From Rhynchobatus australiae (Eukaryota): 64,000 bases of DNA. This document shows, in pieces, positions 13,581 through 25,195 of this stretch; position 1 is the stretch's first letter; each line of letters starts with the position of its first letter. Under the pieces are notes generated by a model. That model saw only the letters and a list, made by a program, of their open reading frames with translations, had not been told where the DNA came from and searched no databases. The stretch lies in assembly GCA_034780895.1 (NCBI GenBank), contig JAUZTB010000068.1, positions 32,511,319 through 32,575,318 on the forward strand, in the 5' to 3' direction. The position numbers were made by a program, and so were the translations under genes.

Positions 13581-15799
13581 AATGACATTGATTCATTTTT
13601 CGTTGCCATCCAGCCCTTTTACAAGTGAGGTTGAAGTTATGCTGTGCCTCTGGCTATGGGGATGGAAAAGGGTGCTAATGACCTTTCAGAATGTCGCAAT
13701 GTGGCTCACGGTAGTCATGTTTTTGGGATAACCATATGCCTTTCTCAACATGCTAACGTAATGCATGTGGCCTGGTATTACTGATCACTTCTTTTGGGGT
13801 CCCTCTGGAAGACATCTTGAAGGAGCAAAGTGGTTCTTGATTGGAAAATCTGTTCATGAGATGCCTGCTTATTGTGCTAGGCTGTGGAATTACTGGTGAG
13901 CTGTACCTCTAGTAGGACTGATGGTGAGCTATGGCCAGATCCCCTTCATTTGGTTGTGTTACCCAAGCTATGCCCTTAAAATTCAAAAAAACAACTAACT
14001 TGATGTAACATTATATAAAACACAGATTTTAAAAGATTGTATTTAAAAAAGGGGTTTAAAGACTAATGTGATCTTTGGTGTATTTTGTTTATTTCAGTTT
14101 TAAGATTTACTAAGTTGTAAGCCAAGGTTTTCAGTTGACCAATTAATTCCTGAAGGTTGGCTATATTTTGAAATGATACTGAAGACCTTGTGAATGGAAC
14201 TTTTTTTTAATGCTTTGATAAAATGATATAGAGTAAGATCTGTGGCTAGATGTTGGTGGCTTAAAAAAAATGGAAGACTTTGTTCATTAGCTTAAATAGT
14301 GATTATTCAAAAATGGTATATTTTTGTTAAGTGCAGTTCATTGAAAATTGTAGTTAATCTAATATGTAAATCTAACAGTTTAAAGGAGGTCCGCATCTGT
14401 AAAATTGTCTATGTATGTGCCATTGTAATTTTTTGACAAAGGTGCAAAGAACATCTGGGGATTTTGTAACGATCCATTTCTTAATAGGGAAAGAAAGTTG
14501 TTTTCATGTTATAAAGGTAGTGAATAGCAAAAATGGTTTGGTTCTTGACAATGCTGCAATAAAAACTAAAACTAACCAGCTGATCTTAATCAGACTACAT
14601 GCTATCTGCTGCTGTGTTGGTGATAATCTCCAGTGGATCACTGTGCTGACGTTCAACGTGGCATGGTGATTCTACTATTAAGATTTTACACCAGCATTGT
14701 GGGGGGGGGAATAGAAATTTAAAAGAAACCTGAAAGTTTCTCGCAGGAAGATGTTTCCTGACTGTTTTATGTAGCGAAGATGTAGCCACTGTGAAACAGA
14801 ATAAACTGNNNNNNNNNNNNNNNNNNNNNNNNNNNNNNNNNNNNNNNNNNNNNNNNNNNNNNNNNNNNNNNNNNNNNNNNNNNNNNNNNNNNNNNNNNNN
14901 NNNNNNNNGCTCGATTTAAAAGTGTCATCTACTGTATGTTACAATTGATACTGACAAAAATGTAATAAACATATAGATCAGAGGGCTGCTGATCTTTAAT
15001 AATGACATTTTTGACCAGGCTTTCTGTTAGTAATTTAATTTGGAATGCTAAGTTCTCAAAGATGTCCTTTTGAAACTAAATATATTTTGGAGTCTATCCA
15101 ATAGTGTACAGGTTATTGAGGATTAATGCACCATTTTTAGGAACCAGTGATTGTCTGGCATGCAGCAAAAGGTGTGGCCTGATTTTTTTTTAAATTTATT
15201 TACAGTTAGCACAGCGTTAGCTACAGTTATGCATGGGAAAGGCTCAATGGTTTAATTTGGAAGCCTTTTTTAATAAAATTGTTCCAATATATTTGCAGGG
15301 AGGGGAGCATTTAGATTCTTATCATGTGATAGCAAGTGTCCCAATTAATTTTTGAGAAATGTGTATGCTATTTTGTAGATTTATGCAGTACTTGCTTTTA
15401 CCTGATAAAGCCATTTCAAACTTTACACTTGAACACTGGGAGTGACGGTTTTTAGAACTTTTGGTGTGTATGCAGTTTTGCTAATTATCAGTAACAGTCA
15501 AAGGAAAATGTATTTAGCAAAATAATGACTTTTGTTTTTGTAATGCGTACCTCTTGTATGATTTAATTAGTTTGGATGGAGAAGTACCTTGTGTTATGCC
15601 TTTAATTCTTTGGGAGTAGAGGGAAATGATCTATTATCTGATAATTGGCTTTTCAGTGGAATACTAATGCACAATCCACTTTTCTAGCATTTTATGTGAA
15701 AATGCTTAAAATATAGTCTTTCAAGTATAGAATATAAGAATACAAGGGGAAAAAATTAAGATATGGTCAGGAATTCTTTCATAATGTTTTTTTTGCACT

Positions 15800-16025
15800 T
15801 TGATTCGCGAGTGGTGAATCTCTGGAATTCTTTACCGCAAGGTGGTGTTGTCTGCGAGAAGCAAATAGGTAAATATTTGAAGGATTTGGGAACTGGGACC
15901 TATGGAGAACTGTCACAGAAAAGGAGATGAGGCCGGGGGCAGATCAACCATGATCGTATTGAGTGGCAGGGCAGGTTTGAAGGGTCCAGTGGCACACCCC
16001 TGCTCCTATCTCCTTGTATTCTTGA
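15800..16025 (+). mobile_element. CR1-type LINE 3' end
   Basis: gtggtgaatctctggaattctttacc...agatcaaccatgatcgtattgagtggc...cctgctcctatctc. Confidence 0.75.
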
Positions 16026-18097
16026 GGTCTGAATTTGTGTTCTCTGCCTTTCTTAATATCCCAGCTTGAAAATAACCAATTCAAGACTTACAGTATTTTC
16101 ATTAAGTGTACACTAAACTTGCATGCCCATAGTGAAAATTTTGCACATAAGAAACAGAATCGCTTATCAGAAATTGTCCTTTAAATACTCTTATTTATAA
16201 GCCTTTGTATTTGGCCCAGAGTCCACTGCAAATGTGTTGCAGATGCATACTCGAGAAGGGTTATAGGCCTGTAAAAACAAGCATCTCTGCAAGCTTGTAG
16301 AGCTGCTCATTCTGGAAGCCACTTCACTCATTTGCAGATTGATCTCTACAGGCTNNNNNNNNNNNNNNNNNNNNNNNNNNNNNNNNNNNNNNNNNNNNNN
16401 NNNNNNNNNNNNNNNNNNNNNNNNNNNNNNNNNNNNNNNNNNNNNNNNNNNNNNTACAGGCTCATTATGAAGTGTAATAAATATTGTGGTTTATAATGTG
16501 TTGATACACTCTTTCTCACCAAATAGATAGCATCAAAGTGGTTTGGAGGATGTGTAAACCCTTTATGTTTAAATGCATTTCTGTAATATGTTTTCACTTC
16601 CAGCCTAGCTGCCTTTGCTTGCATATAGCGCCTTACTATCATTGCTAATATGGAATGTTCAGAAAATATTACTACATCAGAACAGACCAACTTAAACACC
16701 ACAAAATGTCTTAAGAACTTTTGTTTTGGCCTACCAATGGCATAAAAATTCAATGAACTATTGTGTACCAAATGGATTCCTTGCAGAGGCCCCGAGTCAC
16801 AGAATGAAGAGCAGACGGTTATCGCCATCATTCACTTAAGGAGTGGCCATGGTGGATGGTGCCACCTTACTTTTATCTTCTATCTGTAGCGTCCCATCTG
16901 TGTTTATAGAGCTCCCTGTGCACCTCACCAAATTCTTCATGTAAATCCCACTCCATTATTACTACTACCACAAAATGTCCTGATCTGGTTAATGACACAT
17001 ATTTAATTTGTTTCACTAATATTTTATGAAGGAAGATGACCCTTAAAATTTATTTTTGTAAAATCTTGTATTCAATTATCATAGTGTTTATCAATATGTG
17101 ATTATAGGCATATTTTTCTTCATAACCAGGTTATAATCATTTGAAGATTAATTTGGTTGCAACTGTGGAAGACATAAAATTAAAGTGTATGTATCAGTTT
17201 TGAAGACAATAATTGTGAAAGCTGAAAATTATCTGCCATTTGAGTACTTACCTATTTTTACTTATTCCAGCTGTGCAAAGTGTTTGATTGAAATATGTAT
17301 GCCTTATGCAGAGATAATAAATCAGGGATCAGGTTAAAAGATCTATATTAAATAGAGCAGGTACCAATTGAAGAGAAACTCTGGATGAATGTGTAGAAGA
17401 GGAATAAGTGGGTTGTTTGCAGATAAAAGATTGGAAAGTCTCAAGAGACTTTAGGATAAATGCTGCACAATTAATTGATAGTCGGGTATGATGTAATTGG
17501 AACGTGAGAACTGTAGAATGGCTTCAGCATAGAAGGAAGGCACTTAGCCTGTCGAGTCCATATCAGCTCAGTTCAGAAACAATTCAACTAGTCCTACGCC
17601 CTTGTCCTCTTTTCCCATTGCTCTTTGCTTTCACATACCCATTCAGTTCCTTTTTGAATGTTGTAATTGAATCTGCCTCCACAACCTTGGGAAGAGCATT
17701 TCATATCCCTATACCTTAAGTAGTTTTTCCTCACCTCAACTTCTCAGAAGCAAGTGTAATTGATAATTTCAGAAAAGAAGGTTGCTAAAACAAAATGGAG
17801 TTGCATTGGTAGATGTGTAAAGGTAAGTTATTAGCATGAGAGGAAGGAACAAAGTGTGCCTATATGAAGAATGAGATTACAACAGAGTTGGTTACACAAG
17901 GGTTTGAATTGTGGATGACTGCAAAGACCAGTTCCTGGGACCATTAGTTGGTTGGCAAGGACTAAACTGACAGTCAATTTCTTGTGGCGTTATACATGGA
18001 AAATTCAGGTCAGGAATAATATTGGGTGAAGCAGGTTTGTAGTCAAGGTATACAGAGTGTACAGAAGTAGTTTGTCACCAATAAAAGCTCATTCATT

Positions 18098-18987
18098 GGT
18101 GCAACACCTGTCCCTTCACCTCCTTCCTCAGCACTGCCAAAGGACCCAAACTGTCCTTCCGAGGTAAGGCAGAGATCTGCACGTCCTCCACCCCGGTCTG
18201 TTGCATTCAGTACTCACAATGTGGCCTCCTCTATGTCAGCAAGACCAAGCAAAGACTAGGCAACTGTTCAGGTTGCATGTCATTTCAACTCCCATTCCAA
18301 TACCGATCTGTTTGTCCTTGGCCTTCTCCATTGCCGTGCTGACACCAAATTCAGATTAGAAGAACAACACTTCATATTTTACTTGGGTAGCCTACAACCC
18401 AATGGTGTGAACATTTGATTTTTCCAATTTCAGTTAACCCATACCCCTATATTCCTCTCCTTTCCCACTCCCACCAGTCCATTCAGGCTCTGTCTCCCTT
18501 TGTTCATCTTTTCCATCCCTTCTGCCCCAATAACCAGACTTGTTATCTTCCCCCTCTTTTCCCCCCCCCCACCTAATTCCATCTGTCTATCACCCATATA
18601 CTATCCACCTGGGTTTCTTCTCTCTTGGTTCACCTTTCCTATCCCCTCCCCCACCTGGTTCCATGTGTTATTCATTCTTCCCTTATCTGGTTCCATCAAT
18701 CACCTAAAAGCCTCTGTCTCAACCATACTTCTCCCTGACTTGGATCCATCTGCCCGTCATCACCCCGTCATCTGGTTGCACCTATCACTTACCACCTTCT
18801 GTCTTAACCCTCTTTTCACTTCTATATACTGGCTGCCTTTCCTCTGTACACTCAGGCCTGACGTGTGTCTCAACCCAAAATGTTGAACATCCCTTTGCTG
18901 AAAGAACTCCGTGTTAAGCAGCATCTGCAGAGGCAGTTTGTTTCTGTTTCGCGTCAGATGCCAGCATCTTCAGTCTCCTGAGTCTCC
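18098..18987 (+). mobile_element. 5'-truncated Penelope-like retroelement: GIY-YIG endonuclease remnant, pyrimidine-rich 3' region and terminal repeat
   Basis: Frameshifted translation CNTCPFTSFLSTAKGPKLSF / VCCIQYSQCGLLYVSKTKQRLGN / VACHFNSHSNTDLFVLGLLHCRADTKFRLEEQHFIFYLGSLQPNGVNI* is the PLE GIY-YIG C-terminus. Degenerate 14-bp TSD at 18084-18097 and 18988-19001 (12/14). Confidence 0.85.
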
Positions 18988-19438
18988 AAATCTCATTCTT
19001 TCTGATTTTTGATTATATTGCCACCAAGGTATATGCAAATCATTAAATAATTTGACTGAAATGAAGAGGCAGTGACCTAACATAAATGCAAAGAGAAATC
19101 CCGGCTGTAAACCAGAAGGCAATCTTTACCTTTCAGAGTCTTGGAATTGAAAGGGAACTAAAGGGTGACTGACTGCACAGAATACTTTCCATATCAAAGC
19201 CAATATTGGGATTTTTTTTTACACACATCAGATGTTTAAGTTTGTTGATGTTTCTATGTGAGTGTGCGAGAGTGAAATCGTGTTCACCCTGTAATGATCT
19301 TTAATGAAATCTATATTCTCAACCAAAGGTATCGTTTCTAATTAAATTGCAGGATTGCATATATTGCCAGATACTCTTTTGCCCTACAATCCTTTATTGC
19401 AATCAAGGTGAATTATCCTTTTTAATTCACTTCTTAAA

Positions 19439-20919
19439 CGTCGACTGTTCATTTCCCTCCATAGATGCTGCCTGACCTGCTGAGTTCTCCAGCTTCTTGT
19501 GTGTGTTGCTCCAGATTTCCAATATCTGCAGAATCTCTTGTGTCACCACTTTTCTTTGTTTGTTGCTCTCTCTCTGTGAGTGCCCCACAGTTCTGTGACG
19601 AGGTCTTCACTATCCAACCTTTCCTCCATGTTAATTACAAAGAGATAGAGAGAGTGATTCCTTCCTTACCCTGCCTGATATCAGACTATCTTGGACCATT
19701 CCCACTCATTGAAATTCCATCCGAGCAAATTTCCTTTGTGGAAGGGAGACCCTGTAGCTGTGGCTCAGTGCTTCATCCCTTCTCCCATCTACCTTCCTGT
19801 TACACTCACCGGTTCTGGTCCTGGTCTAGGTCCAAAACTCACTCCCCATCCATTGCTGGGGAGAGATTCTTTCCCACCTCGTACACACCCCCACCTGTCT
19901 TCACACCCCAAAATTTACAGGCCCGCTGTGGTCTGGGTGCTACCAGCCAGGCGTCTGGCACCTTTGTTGTCCCTCCATCATACACAGTACACTCAGTACA
20001 CTATTATAGCACCAGTAACCCGGGTTCAATTCCTGCCGCTGTCTGTAAGGAGTTTGTACGTTCTCCCCATGTCTGCGTGAGTTCCCTCTGGGTGCTCCGG
20101 TTTCCTCCCACATTCCAAAGACGTACAGGTTAGGAAGTTGTGGGCGTGCTGTGTTGGCCCCTAAAGCGTGGCGACACTTGCGGGCTGCCCCCCGAACACT
20201 CTACGCAAAAGATGCATTTCACTGTGTGTTTTGATGTAAGTGTGACTAATAAAGATATCTTATCCTGCTCACACCTCCCTCAACCCTGGTGCACAAAACC
20301 AGGGTTGACCTGGCCTGTTTCCCTCTCCTATTAATGCCCTGCAAGCCTTTCCTGGGCTGATCCCTACTCGGGTAGAACCACTGAGTAGAACCCTGTCAGG
20401 TCCTCACTCTGCTCTCAGGCCTCACGCTGATCAGGAGCAAATTTCCCTCTTCACGTTGCAGTAACCCACCACAGAGTGTGCTCCCCACAGTATGGGTCAC
20501 CATGACCTGTCTTTGAATATTAAAGAGAGCTGTGAGTAAACCGGTTAACAACCCACTGGCTTCTTGTCTGGCCCACAGCCTGAGAGACAGGGAATGTCTG
20601 GAACCTGACCCCAGTCAGCTTGTGCCCTATTTGTCAGTCTATTGTAAGTACAGCAGGGGATTCTGGAGGAACTTCTTCAACTACAGAATTACAACAACTT
20701 AAAACCTTCTATCACAAAGGGTAGTCAAGGTAAACAACACAGAAGGAGAAAGTTATCCAAGAATATTCCNNNNNNNNNNNNNNNNNNNNNNNNNNNNNNN
20801 NNNNNNNNNNNNNNNNNNNNNNNNNNNNNNNNNNNNNNNNNNNNNNNNNNNNNNNNNNNNNNNNNNNNNCTTCTTGTGTGTGTTGCTCCAGATTGCCAAT
20901 ATCTGCAGTCTCTCTTGTC
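19439..20919 (+). mobile_element. Composite insertion bounded by two direct Penelope-type terminal repeats, with a perfect 12-bp TSD
   Basis: TCACTTCTTAAA at 19427-19438 and 20920-20931. Repeat blocks 19493-19546 and 20870-20923 are 50/54 identical. The interior is GC-richer and non-coding, with a 100-N gap at 20770-20869. Confidence 0.7.
19997..20264 (+). mobile_element. Young, slightly 5'-truncated V-SINE
   Basis: Pol III B-box gggttcaattcc at 20022-20033, V-domain, retained CpGs, and a 3' end gtgactaataaagatatcttatc. Confidence 0.88.
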
Positions 20920-23900
20920 TCACTTCTTAAAGTGCTTTACCATTTTAGGAGGGGTGTTCTTTCTGTAGGTGTTGCAAGCAAGTTTTTTTTAACACAGATT
21001 TGGCTGTGTATGACCTATTTTATTCAGGGTAAAATGCTTCCAGGAGGGTTGATAACTGCCTAATTACTGGTCTGTCTGGCTATAAATGTGGGGATCCTAA
21101 ATCATGTTTAAATGAGTTGGATATTACATGATATCCCATTTGTAATAACTTTGATTTAGGGAAAATTGTATCTTGAGGAAATAAGAATGAAAAGGACAAT
21201 ACTTGTAACATTTTTGTCACCTATGCAATGGATTTGAATTTGTCATGTACATATTGAAAAGTTGGATAGAGAAAATCTAAAGTTTTATGTTAATATGACT
21301 GCTTCCATGGTGAAATACAATTCCATTTATCCATTGACCACAAAATACTACATTTCACAACATAGGTTTTGTTAGTTTCCTTTTCAGAAGACCATTGCAA
21401 AAGTTGCTAAATCTACAACTTGATCTGGCACAGCAAAATCATCAGAAATTGTGTTAGAAACTCCAAGTGGAAAACAAACGCCTACAATCTAAGATATAGC
21501 ACTGACCATATCTAAGTATTTGATTAAGAGATGTGTACTCGCATTTCAAAAGTTTGAAATATCACCAGTATAATATGCTTGTGAAACTTTTGTCTTTCCA
21601 AAAATAAGATACAAGATGTCCTAATTTGGACTCTGAACAATCTTGAACGCTTTCAATGTTTATTCTATTCAAAACGAGCATTAATGGTGTAAGATTTGAG
21701 CTAAAATAAAACCACNNNNNNNNNNNNNNNNNNNNNNNNNNNNNNNNNNNNNNNNNNNNNNNNNNNNNNNNNNNNNNNNNNNNNNNNNNNNNNNNNNNNN
21801 NNNNNNNNNNNNNNNNNNNNNNNNNNNNNNNNNNNNNNNNNNNNNNNNNNNNNNNNNNNNNNNNNNNNNNNNNNNNNNNNNNNNNNNNNNNNNNNNNNNN
21901 NNNNNNNNNNNNNNNNNNNNNNNNNNNNNNNNNNNNNNNNNNNNNNNNNNNNNNNNNNNNNNNNNNNNNNNNNNNNNNNNNNNNNNNNNNNNNNNNNNNN
22001 NNNNNNNNNNNNNNNNNNNNNNNNNNNNNNNNNNNNNNNNNNNNNNNNNNNNNNNNNNNNNNNNNNNNNNNNNNNNNNNNNNNNNNNNNNNNNNNNNNNN
22101 NNNNNNNNNNNNNNNNNNNNNNNNNNNNNNNNNNNNNNNNNNNNNNNNNNNNNNNNNNNNNNNNNNNNNNNNNNNNNNNNNNNNNNNNNNNNNNNNNNNN
22201 NNNNNNNNNNNNNNNNNNNNNNNNNNNNNNNNNNNNNNNNNNNNNNNNNNNNNNNNNNNNNGAGCAAAATTAGAGGAAAATATAGTGGTTATGTTTCTGG
22301 ACTTGGATCCAGAGACCTGAACTGTTTTGGGGATGTTTAAATTGAACCCAGGTCACTGGAACTGTAAAGCAGCAGCAGCACCAACTGCTGCATCATTTTG
22401 CTGCTCTTAGCTAGTCTGCCTAATATGTGACCCCAGGCTGCTGACTGTTAATTAACTGCTCTCTGAAATAACCTGGCAAGCTACTCAGTTAATGGGACAA
22501 TTAATGACTGATATTAAATGCTGGCCTCACTAACGACATCCACGTCTCATAGAACAGATTGGGAAATCCCCACAAAAATTAATTTTCTGTATAAATGGAT
22601 GATTCCTGAACCTTAGCTTTATTGGTCTCGCCTACACTGGATTTTGCAAAGTTTCCTGCCGTCAACTTCAGTGGGAAAGAATAACAAGCAGCTTGAGGTC
22701 CTTTGTCTTGTTTTTTTTTGGTGTGGTGCCTTTATCAAGTGACTTTATTTTCCACATGAAGGCCAATACTTGAAGTGTCTATTTTGACGGTGGATGGGAC
22801 AGCTAAGCCTGTCTGTCTTCGGCAGACTAAGCCCACTTTCTTAAGCAGGTTTCACTGGATAAACAGTAAGGAACCCCAACATACTTCACTTCTTCCTTTT
22901 TGTCCAAGAAGGCAACTGTAGTGATCAAGCTGAGGAAAGTTACTTTGATATATGTGGAGAATGGAACCAGGGACCTTCTGGTATGATTTAATGTTATCCT
23001 GGACTTGCCCAGTAGGGTAGTGCATAAATAAAAGGTTATCTAATAGTTTAGCACACTTTTGGTTATATGAACTGCATAGATGTAAAGAATAGAAGCATGT
23101 GGATGCCTATTGTTTGATCAAGCATATTTGTTGTTGTTCTGTGATTGAAATGCTCTGTGAACACTTGGCTGCTCAATAGGAATTTGGGGAAATTATTCAA
23201 GATCAGTTTTAATGTTGATTTTATATTCCCTCATTGGATATATTCAAATCTTTATTTGTAGTGTCTAAGTGAAAAATAAGCAAAAAACTAGATACCTAAA
23301 TAAAAAAAATTGTTAGAATTCTGATAGGTCTATTGGTGGAACTTGGGGGAAATAAGTGACAAAAAAGGATAAATTGTGCTGAATGACAAAGTCCATACTT
23401 TTGTAGACTTCATGAAGCAGTATTTATTTGCCCAAATGCCCCCCCCCACCATATCTTTACAAATAAAAAGTTTACTTTTATTATATTGTTTGCTTATGGC
23501 AGCAGATAATTTTAAACTTTTTTTTGTAATTTTATTCCCCAAGCCATGGACTTGCTAAATTAAAAGTAGTTTGATTATTTGCTCCATGAATAGATTACTG
23601 ATTTAATAAACTTTTTTTTGATTTTATAATGGACTTTTCTTTTTTTGTGGACACTTTTATGTTGGTCATTTTGAAAATCAGTGATAGTTCCATTGCCTTC
23701 AGTTCCTAATGGCAAGTCCGTAACAGCAACTAATAATGAAAACTATTTATAATTTTACACCATTTTACGAGCTTGCTCAAAACATATACAAAGATGTCTG
23801 GTTAGAGAAAGTTGGTTGCCTTTGATTCTGCCCTAAACTCAAATTACCAAAGCTTGGTAAATGTTTCAGCTCTTGCAGTTGATATTTATTCTGCATTTTC

Positions 23901-24847
23901 TCAGAAATTATTTTTATTTTATGTTAAAGCCTCTCAGTTTCTTGGAAGGGAAGTTTTCATGTTTTGATGTAAACATAAAATCTATTCACCTAGCTTTTCG
24001 GAGGAATTCCAGCAAGGAGACTGAAATGAACCTAGAATTAAAATGTGCTTTCCAATATTACTGAAAACTCTTTCTTTGTTAGTAATCTACCCACTCCCTT
24101 TAATTTCAGAGGGAATTCTTCCTTCCTGTAAGAACTTGGCAGTAAAAATTGAGTCCTGAGATCCTTGGGTAATTGCTTACAGCACATGATGTTCGTGCTG
24201 CTCATTGCACACATTGTGTGCTTGGGGATAATTATCCAATTATAATGTTGAAAAGGTTTTACTCCAACTGGTAATGTTCCAACTGCATGTGCAAACACAG
24301 TCGCAACAATTATTGTAGGAAACTTTACTTCCTTGTTTTGACATATTTTCCAATTATTAATTGGCTTACTGCAGTTGTGACAGTGTCAGATATTGGAGGT
24401 ATGTATACATGAGAAAAATTCAATGTCTGGTAGTTTATTTTAAAAGTTGGCACTTCAGCTGCTATTTATTTAACTTAAATTATTTTGGTAAAATATTTGC
24501 AGTTGTTCCAATTGAACCTTGCACTACTTAATTAATAAATGGAAATTCATTGTTAATTTTTCTGCCAACATATGTGGAGAGAAATTGGAGTGGATGACTG
24601 AGAAGCTCAAGTAAAACTGTTGATAAATAAAAGTTATAATTAAATTAAGAAAAGTCAAGCTTTGAAAACGTATCCAGGGTTTTTGTGTTGGCATTAACTA
24701 TATTCCATATTTGCTTTATCCAACCAGTAATAATACCTATAATCTTTGGCTGTTGATGGGTAATTGTTCACTGTGCATGTTTGTTACATTGTTAAATTCA
24801 AAGTGTACAAAGAATAACTGAGCACCAGGTAATTAAGTCAATGGATA

Positions 24848-25195
24848 GACAGCAAACCTCTGATAATCTAGCATGCTTAGAACTTTGGTGGTACCAGACT
24901 AGCTGATTTTCTGAATGTTATTTTTATTGGTACTCCACATTTTTAATTCACCCTTTTTTAGATGTTGCACAGTATTATATTAAAAATTTCCAATCAACCA
25001 TGTACATCCAAAGGGAATGTAACTGGCATCTTGTCAGTGGAAAAGGAGTGCAGAAAATAATATAATATTAATCTTTTATCTCGGATATATGGAAAATAAA
25101 AGCTTAAGTGGGCTGACCACTAGAGTAAAACTCCGATAATCAACAATCCGACTATTCAGCAATCCCATTGGTTTGGCATCTGGTTCATTGGGTGA
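24848..25195 (+). mobile_element. Decayed Tigger/pogo-like MITE ends
   Basis: Two TIR-like starts: acagcaaacctctgataatctagca (about 24849) and tagagtaaaactccgataatc (about 25120). Confidence 0.4.

Noticed and set aside
20005-20045. tRNA gene suggested by the B-box gggttcaattcc
   Set aside because: It is the tRNA-derived head of a V-SINE, with no cloverleaf.
19465-20133. 222-aa ORF with no Ns
   Set aside because: It starts in a terminal repeat and ends in a V-SINE, with no recognisable domain; probably a chance ORF in GC-richer cargo.
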